In this document: positions 26,835 to 36,092 of the stretch, one piece after another
Numbering within the stretch: position 1 is the stretch's first letter
How the letters are laid out: each line of letters starts with the position of its first letter
Assembly (NCBI GenBank): GCA_030583845.1
Contig: CP129478.1
Span: 651,686-715,685 of the forward strand
Source: Candidatus Dojkabacteria bacterium
Lineage (GTDB): Bacteria; Patescibacteriota; Dojkabacteria; SC72; JAHDCA01
Length of the DNA stretch: 64,000 nucleotides
Direction of reading: 5' to 3'
Position numbers and translations under genes: made by a program
The notes under the pieces: model-generated
Told to the model about the DNA's origin: nothing
The model's database searches: none
Seen by the model: only the letters and a program-made list of their open reading frames with translations

Positions 26835-27752
26835 TCACTTGCGAAGCAGGTAGTCGGGCTCAACGACTCGGATAGCCTCTTCCGAATTCTTTATCTTTAC
26901 CGCATCTGTATGCCTTCTAAACCAGGTCCGCTGCCTTTTCGCATACTGGCGAGTGTGAAGATTTATATCTGCCTCAACCTCTTCGAGGGTTTTCTCTCCT
27001 TCAAAGTAGCCTGCAAACTCTTTATATCCGATTGTATTCAGCCCACGAGTTTTCTCATACTGATAGCCACTCTCAATTAGCTTCTTATTCTCTTCGACTA
27101 AGCCATTTTCGATCATCAACCTCGTGCGTTCCTTAATATTTTCAGCGATTACTTCCTTGTCTCGATCCACTACCAGATAGATATGAGCTCTCGCATCGTT
27201 CGCGCTTGGAGCATCCCTGCCCTCGAGTATTCTGATAAGCCTACGCTTATTGCCTCTATCGCTCTCATTTAATTGCGCGACTGCTTCCTCTCCAGCTAGC
27301 TCGCATAGCTGCTCGACATTCATCCTATCCCATTCTTGTCGCCTAGCTTCATCGACGCTTTCTTCATGGATGTCATAGTTGTAAATAAAGCTGTCAATAT
27401 ACAGCCCAGAGCCACCAACTAGCACTGGCACATGCGTTGGATCCATATTCGATATAACTCGCTCAGCTTCATCTCGAAACAGCGCTATGTTATACCCCAC
27501 CGCAGGGTCTAAAAAATTGTATAGATGATGTGGAACTCCTTTCACCAAAAAACACTTATCACTTAGATGCTTTTCTGGAATTGGTGACGAGGTTCCAATT
27601 ACCATGTCTTGATAAGCTTGGCGCGAGTCGGCATTGATAATTTCACCATTAATCGCACGTGCCACTTCTAGCGCTATCTCAGACTTGCCAGAAGCTGTCT
27701 GGCCGGCAATAACTACAATCGGGTGTTGTGCAATGCTAGAGTGGTCGCTCAC
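26835..27752 (-). CDS. miaA: tRNA dimethylallyltransferase
   Basis: 305 aa. P-loop GQTASGKS and DSRQAYQDMVIGTS motif. Confidence 0.9.
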   Translation of the reverse strand: MSDHSSIAQHPIVVIAGQTASGKSEIALEVARAINGEIINADSRQAYQDMVIGTSSPIPEKHLSDKCFLVKGVPHHLYNFLDPAVGYNIALFRDEAERVISNMDPTHVPVLVGGSGLYIDSFIYNYDIHEESVDEARRQEWDRMNVEQLCELAGEEAVAQLNESDRGNKRRLIRILEGRDAPSANDARAHIYLVVDRDKEVIAENIKERTRLMIENGLVEENKKLIESGYQYEKTRGLNTIGYKEFAGYFEGEKTLEEVEADINLHTRQYAKRQRTWFRRHTDAVKIKNSEEAIRVVEPDYLLRK

Positions 27753-28260
27753 GCAGAAGTGCTCTCACCATAAGATGATTGACTGCAAGGGTTGCAAGGA
27801 TTGTCAGCAATGAGACAACCATAGTAACCTTCAGTGGAGATGGCAAGAAAATTGTTACAGCCATCACCATAATGAAAGTTACGGCCGCTGTATTTAGGCT
27901 TGATGCGAAATGGTCGCGGCTTACATGGTCGATATCAAATTTCTTGTCTCCAACCTCTTTGGCATATTTCGAAACCAGCACTGAGAGATTTAAGAGGTTC
28001 ACAAACGATGCGAAGAGAAATCCTAGTCTAAGCGAGTCTTCTGCAGTGAGGTCAAACGCTCTGTCTATGATGTAAACAGATAGCACCGGCACAACAAGCA
28101 GCGGCACGATGCTCACGGCTACAATTAATAGAAGCCTTGCATCTCGGATTAGAAACCAGCCGTAGGCAGCCATAAATACCAGTGGAGTCACAATCAGCAG
28201 CAACGTGAGCAGCAGCTCATATACAGTAGTTATTCCAACAAGCTCTAATATTTCGTTCAT
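27736..28260 (-). CDS. hypothetical membrane protein (5-6 TM)
   Basis: 174 aa, overlaps the upstream gene by 4 nt. Possibly the C-terminal half of a two-part membrane complex with 28257..29729. Confidence 0.4.
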   Translation of the reverse strand: MNEILELVGITTVYELLLTLLLIVTPLVFMAAYGWFLIRDARLLLIVAVSIVPLLVVPVLSVYIIDRAFDLTAEDSLRLGFLFASFVNLLNLSVLVSKYAKEVGDKKFDIDHVSRDHFASSLNTAAVTFIMVMAVTIFLPSPLKVTMVVSLLTILATLAVNHLMVRALLRERPL

Positions 28261-29729
28261 TTCATTAAAAGATTTTTCATCTTATTAATATATGTGTCTA
28301 GCACCGGAACCATCAGCATCATGGCAAATGCGATCACTGTCATATGCATGCCATAGATACCAGTGTATCCACTTCCATAGAAAGATAGCAGTGCAAAGAA
28401 CATTATCACTGGCAGGTCGATCAGCAGAACGCTTCTCGTCCTGTATGCCAGCACCTTCGCCAGTAATATTATACTCAATCCTTCGAGGAGCAGTATAGGT
28501 AGGTCGATCGGTAGCGATAAGATCTTCAACACCGCCACATAGAAAGCAAATGCTGCAACAGAAGTAAGCATAAATAGTAGGCTTCTTCCTTTATCACCGC
28601 GGTTGCGGAAATAGCTGTATGCCATTATTACAATTACAGACAGGATAAATGCTGCGCTGACTTCGATATAGTCGATCTCATATGTTTTAACCTCTGCATC
28701 TTCGTTGCTGATGATGGAATATTCAACTGGGATCACCCCTGAGTTGTACAGTATGTCTAATATCTGAGCTTCTGCAGGGTCTTGAGTAACGCCTGGTGCA
28801 AAGATAGGGTTCTGCTGCGGGTTCTTCAGATCTGGGTCAAACTCAATTGGAACGGGATAGGGTGTTACAAAGCCATCGATTGCAATACCGATTGTCTTTC
28901 CCGCGTTGTCTCCGAGGAAGTCTCTCCATGCGAGCGCATTATGCGGCCATGATTTGTAGATGGCGAAAAATGCATCTTCTCCTTCGGTTGTGGTTGAGAG
29001 CTGCTTAATCTCAATGTTCCTAAAGGAGCGACGTGTAAACTGTGTTCGGTCATAATTCTCCGGTAGGTAAGCGGCAAGCTGGTCCTCGCTGTTTAGTGCT
29101 GCAGGAGTGGTAGTCATGATCTTCAGGTAGTGTCTGCTTCCAATAAGCCTAGTTATACTGGCCTGGTCTCGGGAGCTTGTAGCAGAGACCTCGATATAAA
29201 CCTTGATATCCTCTTCCGCCTTTTCATTATCGCCGCTATCCTCTGCTCCTTGGACATCTTCCTGCTCCTCTATCTGGTTTACAATATCTTCAACGGTCTC
29301 TTCTGCCGATGTTGGCTCGTAATCATGAAGCGTCTTGATCGAAACCTGCTCTACATCGTAGCGGTCAAGCCTTCTTTGAATAATCCCCTTGGTGACCTCA
29401 ACCTTTTCTGTTGTATCACCTTCATCTTCTTTTTTCACAGTGAGCTCAAGTACAAACCGCTTGGCCCAATACTTATCATCTTTTACATTTAGGTCGAATC
29501 TATTATCAGGGGTAAACCGCTCAGTCTTTGGCATCGCAATTAAAGCCGCGCTGATGAGCATTGAGGTTACAAGAATTGTGAAAAGCAACCCGAATATAGT
29601 GGCGCTTAAGTTTCGTCGACTATTTGACGAAACATTTCTCTTTGCTTTTGAGACTCCGCCTTTTCCTTTTGTATTAGAGGTAGCTTTTTTCTTGCCCTTT
29701 GAAGGGAGAGATAGTTTAGGGATTTTCAT
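28257..29729 (-). CDS. hypothetical membrane protein with Lys-rich N-tail, one TM, large acidic extracytoplasmic domain and C-terminal TM bundle
   Basis: 490 aa. Topology is reminiscent of SecD/SecF-like proteins, but no signature motif was seen. Confidence 0.35.
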   Translation of the reverse strand: MKIPKLSLPSKGKKKATSNTKGKGGVSKAKRNVSSNSRRNLSATIFGLLFTILVTSMLISAALIAMPKTERFTPDNRFDLNVKDDKYWAKRFVLELTVKKEDEGDTTEKVEVTKGIIQRRLDRYDVEQVSIKTLHDYEPTSAEETVEDIVNQIEEQEDVQGAEDSGDNEKAEEDIKVYIEVSATSSRDQASITRLIGSRHYLKIMTTTPAALNSEDQLAAYLPENYDRTQFTRRSFRNIEIKQLSTTTEGEDAFFAIYKSWPHNALAWRDFLGDNAGKTIGIAIDGFVTPYPVPIEFDPDLKNPQQNPIFAPGVTQDPAEAQILDILYNSGVIPVEYSIISNEDAEVKTYEIDYIEVSAAFILSVIVIMAYSYFRNRGDKGRSLLFMLTSVAAFAFYVAVLKILSLPIDLPILLLEGLSIILLAKVLAYRTRSVLLIDLPVIMFFALLSFYGSGYTGIYGMHMTVIAFAMMLMVPVLDTYINKMKNLLMK

Positions 29730-29742
29730 AGTTTCGGTTGCT

Positions 29743-30315
29743 TTAGTATAAGTCTTTTTCTGATCCGATGAGCATAATTCTATCTTTCCTCAATACGTTA
29801 AGCAAGAAAGCATCTCGTTTTTTGTGCTGAAATTCCAGATCCTCCGGCGTAAACAGCGTCATCCTGAACTCTCGCTCAAGCTCTTTTTCCAGCTTCTTCA
29901 TCTCTGTTGTAAATTTATCGACGCTGACTTTGCCAAGCACAAACAGGTCGATATCGTACTCAGCATCATGCGAGTTATTAATATAGTTCTCGGTTAAAAA
30001 TGCTGCTTTGATACCTTCAATTGTGAGGAGTGCAGCTGCAACCTTCTGTACATCTGCTCGATCTTTATAGATTAGAGCTCTAAGATCGGCAACGATAATA
30101 TTTTCGGGTGTTAGCTTATAGTAAAGTTTATTTCCTCTTCGCTGGGAGTGGAGGAGTTTGCATCTCTCAAGATTCTGAAGTTCCCTACGTACGGCGTTTA
30201 TCTCTTCGTCGAGCAGCCTAACGAGGCCACGGACATGGTACTCTTCACTTGGATTACTTAAGAAATGGTCAAGCATTTTGATCCTGACCTTAGAGATAAA
30301 CAGGTTCTCTATCAT
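29743..30315 (-). CDS. winged-helix DNA-binding protein with C-terminal nucleotidyltransferase-like domain
   Basis: 190 aa. N-terminal wHTH pattern (VRIKMLDHFLSNPSEEYHVRGLVRLL). The C-terminal domain call is tentative. Confidence 0.4.
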   Translation of the reverse strand: MIENLFISKVRIKMLDHFLSNPSEEYHVRGLVRLLDEEINAVRRELQNLERCKLLHSQRRGNKLYYKLTPENIIVADLRALIYKDRADVQKVAAALLTIEGIKAAFLTENYINNSHDAEYDIDLFVLGKVSVDKFTTEMKKLEKELEREFRMTLFTPEDLEFQHKKRDAFLLNVLRKDRIMLIGSEKDLY

Positions 30316-30333
30316 CTGATAGGGTGGATAATT

Positions 30334-31641
30334 TTATTGTGCTATTATATCAAAACCACCCCAGCCGTCAGGAATTGCCATGATCCAGATTAACCCTCTG
30401 TTAAGCTCCACCTCATTTCCCGCGTTGTCATAATATTTTGTTCTATCGGTCTCTTCATTTTTCCTCCATCGGACTGCCTGTGCTTTTCCATCTTGGAAGA
30501 TCGTCGCATCTCCCTCACCTGTAGTATCGATAATCAGATGTCCTTTAGAATCGCCAGATTGTATGCCATCCACGGTTTGTACGATCACAACTTTGGCTGT
30601 CAATGGCTGATCTGTCTCTTGATCCTCATGAACCGAACCACCAGTCGATCTTACAAACAGATTTCTCTCTCTGTCGTAGTCCCATCTAGCATCGTACCTA
30701 TAGCCATTATGTGCACCAAGCCTGTCTAGAAATGTCGCAGTAAATGCAGTCATATCCCCTCGTAATTCTAGACTCGAGTCTCGTTTAAATTTCCATGCGG
30801 GGATAGTTGTGGGAAATCCTCCCCATCCTAGCTCGTCAGCTCTTTCTACAGCCCCTTCGACAGATGTGTATTCATTGTGTGGGGCTACACGTCCTCCAGA
30901 GTTGTCTCGCCATGCTCCATATGTGGTCAATGTTTTGATTCTTTGTCTATACAGGTTGCCACAAGCATCGACTCGCAGATCGCCACCTAGATCGGCTGAA
31001 GCGCATCCATCGTGAAGGTATATGGCATCATATTCGCGCACCCAATCTATGAAGTATTGACGTGCGCTTCTTATTGGGCCTACTTTATCAGGTGTTTTGC
31101 TCCAGTAAAGCGGCATAAGTCGAGTAATTCCGCCTTCAGCTAATGTCTCATATACTATGTCTGCCTGCTGCAGGTTTGATTGCGGTCGCGCTTCTAAGTG
31201 GTTGTTGACCATAACCGCAACAGCCCGTCGCTCCATCATCTCTTCGAGCTCTTCTGTCGTGAGCAGCTTGCCGTTGAGAGGGCTTGTCTCGGTTCTCGGG
31301 ACATCCGGGGCGTCGAGGGCAGGGAGGGTTGTAATTACTAACTCCTGGGCTGCTAAATACTGCTTTGTATGCTTAATTATCTGTGGTGGATCTTTCGGTA
31401 AGTAGCGGGTGATCTGGTAGATCGAGAATAACGATACCAGGATTAATACCGAGCTTATGGCAATGACTGTAAATAAAGGACGGTTTTCCTCGATGATTTT
31501 TGGTAGCTTGCTCTTTGACTTCGATTTTGGAGTGCTATCACGGTGCTCACTAACAGTTGCGGCACTGTACATTTCTGCGCTTTGCGTGCCTTTTGGAGTG
31601 TCATCATGTATGTCGCTTATGTTTATTTTCTTTGCTTTCAT
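30334..31641 (-). CDS. DUF3048 (YerB-like) membrane-anchored protein
   Basis: 435 aa. N-terminal TM. AVAVMVNNHLEARPQSNLQQADIVYETLAEGGITRLMPLY matches the DUF3048 N-domain core. Confidence 0.6.
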   Translation of the reverse strand: MKAKKINISDIHDDTPKGTQSAEMYSAATVSEHRDSTPKSKSKSKLPKIIEENRPLFTVIAISSVLILVSLFSIYQITRYLPKDPPQIIKHTKQYLAAQELVITTLPALDAPDVPRTETSPLNGKLLTTEELEEMMERRAVAVMVNNHLEARPQSNLQQADIVYETLAEGGITRLMPLYWSKTPDKVGPIRSARQYFIDWVREYDAIYLHDGCASADLGGDLRVDACGNLYRQRIKTLTTYGAWRDNSGGRVAPHNEYTSVEGAVERADELGWGGFPTTIPAWKFKRDSSLELRGDMTAFTATFLDRLGAHNGYRYDARWDYDRERNLFVRSTGGSVHEDQETDQPLTAKVVIVQTVDGIQSGDSKGHLIIDTTGEGDATIFQDGKAQAVRWRKNEETDRTKYYDNAGNEVELNRGLIWIMAIPDGWGGFDIIAQ

Positions 31642-31819
31642 GATCCTTCTGTTTAGCAGTTTTATTGATTAGTTAAATATAGTTCTAATTATGATCTAAG
31701 TCTACCAAATAGATACGTCGAGCTATTTCTTAAATAACAGCGAGTCTCGCCTCTAGCTGTTGCATCGGACCGTTATATTTGTATACTATAAATGATAGAT
31801 AAGATTTATAAATACCTAA

Positions 31820-32434
31820 ATGTCAAACGCATTGAAGTGGATCATAATTATTTTGCTACTTGGTGGTGGCGCCTTCCTAGCCTACAGATATGTTATGCAA
31901 GAGCCTACAGAGGATACCACGACAGAAGAAGATGCTGATGATGATTCAGAAATAATTGTAGATATTGACAATGAAGATACAGAAGAAGATGTGACTGAAG
32001 AAGAGACAGTCGTAGAGGAACCAGATACAACTCCAGAAGAAGAGGCTCCGGTAGAGGAAGATGAAGATGTTGTAGTTGGCGACACTTTAGAAGGTGCAAC
32101 AGCAGCCGAAAATGCATCAATCCAGTCATATACTTGTGGAACAGCAAGCGGGGTATTTACATTTGAGTGGACAACAAGCAGTAGCAGCGGTGAAACACCA
32201 GCAGCGTCAGCAGGTACATCTGGCACAGATATCGTGGTTACATTTGATAGTCTTGCTTCAGACCGCGTAGCCGTCTTAGCAAATGCAAGCAGCCTATGTG
32301 GTACACGTCCAGTGGTAAGTGCAACTCAAGATGGTCAGAAGAGCATGTACTACTTCAAGGAGTACTCATCTAAGCAGTTTGAATTAAGCTCGGATGCCGC
32401 CAATAATAAGGTGTACTTGAAAATCACTCTGTAA
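31820..32434 (+). CDS. secreted/membrane-anchored acidic low-complexity protein
   Basis: 204 aa. N-terminal hydrophobic helix, then a long D/E/T-rich region. Confidence 0.4.
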   Translation: MSNALKWIIIILLLGGGAFLAYRYVMQEPTEDTTTEEDADDDSEIIVDIDNEDTEEDVTEEETVVEEPDTTPEEEAPVEEDEDVVVGDTLEGATAAENASIQSYTCGTASGVFTFEWTTSSSSGETPAASAGTSGTDIVVTFDSLASDRVAVLANASSLCGTRPVVSATQDGQKSMYYFKEYSSKQFELSSDAANNKVYLKITL

Positions 32435-32558
32435 TAAGTTACTTTAGAGTACGAAAGAGCCTCACGTAAAACTGCCCGGGGCTCTTTTTCTTTTTCAATT
32501 TGCATATGTCGCCAATTTGCCATGTTTTGTGGCATAATTCGATAGTGGTGTGTCCTCT

Positions 32559-32632
32559 CGGGGATTCGTACAGATGGCTAGTATGCACGGCTGGGGGTCG
32601 TGAGGTCGCCGGTTCGAGTCCGGCATCCCCGA
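32559..32632 (+). tRNA. tRNA-Pro (anticodon GGG), no encoded CCA
   Basis: Manual cloverleaf. Acceptor CGGGGAT/ATCCCCG. Anticodon stem CACGG/TCGTG with loop CTGGGGG (G37 present). T-arm GCCGGTTCGAGTCCGGC. Confidence 0.8.
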
Positions 32633-32751
32633 TTATGTCTATAGAGAGCTGTGAAGGGGAGTCGCGTCCGAATGCAGATGTAAAGTATATTTGACATTAT
32701 GTCATCCATGGGCTACACTTAGCTAATAAGTTAAATTATTAGCTAAAAGCT

Positions 32752-33258
32752 ATGTCATATCAGGAGATCAAAAACCTCGTAAGCATACTGGCAGGATTTA
32801 TTATCTTAGCCGCTTACATACTCTATCTTAACTCACAATATAGCAGCGGAGCGGCATCAACCGACGATCTGCTTTTTGCAGCTCAGACAATGTTACGATT
32901 TATAGCTATTGGTGTAGGCGTCGCCATACTACTTCAGATACTCTTTCATATACTGTACTCGGTTGGGTTTGCCGCCAAGGAATATATCCAAGCAGAGGCT
33001 AAAGATACCAAGGTAGACGATAAGGCATTTGATCGCAAAATAAGCGGCGAGATGAAGGAGGATGAGCGAGACAGGCTTGTTGGACTAAGAGCCTCCAGTG
33101 TTAGCTATGTGCTTGTCGGCGTTGGTTTCTTAGCCGGTCTCTTGGTAATCGTTATGGACTACTCAGTCGTGGTTATGCTTAACATCTTTTTCTTAAGCTT
33201 CTTGATTGCTTCGATCGTTGAGGGTTTTGTGCAGATCTATCTTTATAGGAGAAATTAG
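32752..33258 (+). CDS. hypothetical membrane protein (4 TM)
   Basis: 168 aa, hydrophobic helices and a charged loop. Confidence 0.4.
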   Translation: MSYQEIKNLVSILAGFIILAAYILYLNSQYSSGAASTDDLLFAAQTMLRFIAIGVGVAILLQILFHILYSVGFAAKEYIQAEAKDTKVDDKAFDRKISGEMKEDERDRLVGLRASSVSYVLVGVGFLAGLLVIVMDYSVVVMLNIFFLSFLIASIVEGFVQIYLYRRN

Positions 33259-33261
33259 GAA

Positions 33262-33486
33262 GTGCAAATCAAAGTCACAAATAAAATTCGCGAGCTGAGG
33301 TTCTTTGCTAATGAGATGACTCAGCTCGAGCTTGCCGAGAAGGCAGGTGTATCAAGGCAGACTATCAACGCTATCGAGGCTGGAAAATATCTGCCATCTC
33401 TGGAGCTTGCCTTCAAGATTGCGGCTGCACTGGAGAAGCCGATAAGCGAGGTCTTTATCTGTGAAATTCCGACGCCCGATGTATAA
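33262..33486 (+). CDS. XRE-family helix-turn-helix transcriptional regulator
   Basis: 74 aa (GTG start). LTQLELAEKAGVSRQTINAIEAGKYLPSLELAFKIAAAL HTH_3 pattern. Confidence 0.8.
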   Translation: MQIKVTNKIRELRFFANEMTQLELAEKAGVSRQTINAIEAGKYLPSLELAFKIAAALEKPISEVFICEIPTPDV

Positions 33487-33542
33487 TGAGTATGTAACTG
33501 CCAAGTAGTATGAAGCACGACTAACCTTCTAGCTATAGAAAC

Positions 33543-34634
33543 TTGTCATCAACAACTGGCGTACCTGATAGAACAGAACAAGATAGATCACTCGAATTCG
33601 AGTCCCAGTTTGACGATTTCGAAATTCATTCCCCCTTGGAATTTCTCACCTGGCTTACAGATAATATCGAGGGCGCGCAATCGTGCATCCACCTCAATTT
33701 TATGGAGGTATGGCTGCATGAGGAGATACTCGATCCTTTCTATGATGCGCTTTATAGAAAGAAGAGCGAAAACCCACTGATACCGGTTACTATTGCGATA
33801 TCAAGAGCCTCAGCAGCCAATCCAGTCGCAGCAGTTAGATTCCGAGAGCTCCAGAGTCTTGGAGTAAATGTCATATGGACAAATGAAGATCTGCTTACGA
33901 AATACCAAGGTAATAACCACCGAAAGCTGGTTGTAATTGACGATAAGTGTGCGATAGGTGGAGTAAATCTGCACGATGATTTACTGAATGCGTTAGATTA
34001 TATGGTGGTATTTAATAATGCCCCAGCTCTAAGAGAAACTATTCTGAATAGCATTATGAATGCCTCAGCCTCCGATACAAGCTCTACACCATACGACATT
34101 TTCGATCTGTCGGACGAACACACAGACTTCAAGCTTATACTTGAAAATGGTCACGCTGACAGGAAATCTGAAATCATAGAGCAAGCGATCGGACTTATTA
34201 ATGATGCTAAGGAAAGCGTACTGATCTGTGGACAGTGGCTTCCCGATGATCGAGTGCTATTTGCGGTTATAAATGCAGCAAAACGAGGAGTTAAGATTGA
34301 GCTCTTCGCCAATTCATATGTTACTGTCGGTGGGAAACTGTATAGCTTCGCGGCCTGGTTCAATCAATTTACTGTCAAGAGCTGGCTTCGTGGAGTAAAT
34401 ATTGATTTTACAGACCCAGATAGTCCGGTGAAAGTGACAATCCTCCCCAAAAGAATTCACTCAAAGCTATTAATCGTTGATGAGAGCAGCATGATATTAG
34501 GCTCAGATAACTTCGTGCGAAGTGGGGCGATGTTCCAGACAAGAGAATCATCTATTCTTGTAAGGTCGGCAAAGCTAGTGGGGGCAATCCTAAAACGATT
34601 CAGACTAGATATAGAAAGATCAACAGCTCCTTGA
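33543..34634 (+). CDS. phospholipase D-family protein with two HKD motifs (soluble, ClsB/Nuc-like)
   Basis: 363 aa. HKD-1 HRKLVVIDDKCAIGGVN and HKD-2 HSKLLIVDESSMILGSDN. No TM. Confidence 0.75.
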   Translation: MSSTTGVPDRTEQDRSLEFESQFDDFEIHSPLEFLTWLTDNIEGAQSCIHLNFMEVWLHEEILDPFYDALYRKKSENPLIPVTIAISRASAANPVAAVRFRELQSLGVNVIWTNEDLLTKYQGNNHRKLVVIDDKCAIGGVNLHDDLLNALDYMVVFNNAPALRETILNSIMNASASDTSSTPYDIFDLSDEHTDFKLILENGHADRKSEIIEQAIGLINDAKESVLICGQWLPDDRVLFAVINAAKRGVKIELFANSYVTVGGKLYSFAAWFNQFTVKSWLRGVNIDFTDPDSPVKVTILPKRIHSKLLIVDESSMILGSDNFVRSGAMFQTRESSILVRSAKLVGAILKRFRLDIERSTAP

Positions 34635-34639
34635 TATAA

Positions 34640-35176
34640 CTACTCCTTCAGCCCACTCTTTATTTTCTTCAACCCTCGGTAAATCGCTGAATATACCCCC
34701 TTCTCTGTTAAGCCAGTAACCTGAGCTATCTCGGAAACTGCAAAATTGTCAAAAAATCTACATTCAATAACTATTCGCTCATTCTCTGGCAGATTTCGGA
34801 CAGCATCTCTCAACATAATATACTCTTCATCCATTAGCTCTCCGAGCTCCAAATCGATAGATCTGTCAGGGATCTCATGGTCAACAGCCATGAATCTCCT
34901 GAACTGCCATTTTCTTTTTCGATTCCAATCTGTCGATGTATTGCGTGTGATGTTAAAAATCCATGTTTTGAGCGTTGCTTTCTTTGGATCAAATTTCCTA
35001 AGATTCTTATAGACTTTGATGAATGTCTCTGAGACTACATCATCTACATTCGCCGGATCAAATATTGCATACACACTATACTTGTAGACGCTAGCGAAGT
35101 ATTTGTCGTATATCAGGCGAAAATTTTCTCTGTTTCGTAGCGCCATCTCAACAAGCTGGGAGTCTGAATATTCCAT
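34640..35176 (-). CDS. RNA polymerase ECF-type sigma-70 factor
   Basis: 178 aa. Region 2 (ETFIKVYKNL...TWIFNITRN) and region 4 (FAVSEIAQVTGLTEKGVYSAIYRGLKKI). Confidence 0.85.
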   Translation of the reverse strand: MEYSDSQLVEMALRNRENFRLIYDKYFASVYKYSVYAIFDPANVDDVVSETFIKVYKNLRKFDPKKATLKTWIFNITRNTSTDWNRKRKWQFRRFMAVDHEIPDRSIDLELGELMDEEYIMLRDAVRNLPENERIVIECRFFDNFAVSEIAQVTGLTEKGVYSAIYRGLKKIKSGLKE

Positions 35177-35178
35177 TG

Positions 35179-36009
35179 TTATTCGATCACTTTCGATTCA
35201 ATTAATAATACTCCATCTCGATCATAGGCTTGATAGGTCCCATCTGGATGCCAGATATGCATAACGCCATCATCGCTGTACTCTACGCGAGTATTTTTAT
35301 ACGATACCCCTGTTCTACAATCATGACCTTCTATCTCACTAAACTCTTTGTTTTGTATCTTCTCCTCAACTGCAAGATATTCCTGCTCCAGATACTCCAT
35401 TGAGCTCTCTGCCTCAATGTTAGTCCATTGGTAGAGATCACCATCCGCTGTCCAAAGTTGATGGGAGCTCTGCAGCTCGTCAAAATATAGAGTATTCCCA
35501 TTTTTCTCATATACTAAATCATATACTTTCCGTTCCTTGCTCCATGAACATACCATGTCTTCCTTTCCGACCCTTATGATCTCTTCTACGGTACCGTGAA
35601 GAAACTCAAGGATATCAGAATCACTTATATCTCTGCCTTCTTTGCCAAATGAGCCGACCTTAATATAGGTCCCATTAGCTGAGTAGAAGCCTACATCTGC
35701 GGTACAATAATTTCGAAAAGGGAAGCAATAAACAAAACCATCATACCTGTCGCCGGACTGCACTCCTGGTGCTGAAATAACTATCACCGCTGTGAGCAAG
35801 GTAAACATTAGCCCAAAGGTTATGAAAAGTGGTCTTTTCGTGGTAAACCCATCGAGGAAGTTTCTGCGACCAATAGTATTCTCTATCCTTTCCCTATAAA
35901 TTTTGTCGGAGTCTCCCTTCCTCTTAGCGGTTGTACCAAGGGTTGTGATGTAACCGCTAAAGGCTTCGGACTGCTTTCCTTTTAATAGATCGTCGAATGA
36001 CTTATCCAT
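35179..36009 (-). CDS. single-pass membrane protein, possible anti-sigma factor partner of the ECF sigma
   Basis: 276 aa. Cytoplasmic N-domain, one TM (LFITFGLMFTLLTAVIVISAP), extracytoplasmic C-domain. The gene abuts the sigma factor gene. Confidence 0.3.
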   Translation of the reverse strand: MDKSFDDLLKGKQSEAFSGYITTLGTTAKRKGDSDKIYRERIENTIGRRNFLDGFTTKRPLFITFGLMFTLLTAVIVISAPGVQSGDRYDGFVYCFPFRNYCTADVGFYSANGTYIKVGSFGKEGRDISDSDILEFLHGTVEEIIRVGKEDMVCSWSKERKVYDLVYEKNGNTLYFDELQSSHQLWTADGDLYQWTNIEAESSMEYLEQEYLAVEEKIQNKEFSEIEGHDCRTGVSYKNTRVEYSDDGVMHIWHPDGTYQAYDRDGVLLIESKVIE

Positions 36010-36092
36010 ACAAATTTCTTACTAAGATTATCTACCCTTATATACGTATGGATAAGACAATCTTCCTTTAGCATTGTATGGATTCTTCTAGC

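Noticed and set aside
27736-29729. SecD/SecF annotation for the 490-aa + 174-aa membrane protein pair
   Set aside because: Topology is suggestive, but no SecD/SecF signature sequence could be recognised by eye.
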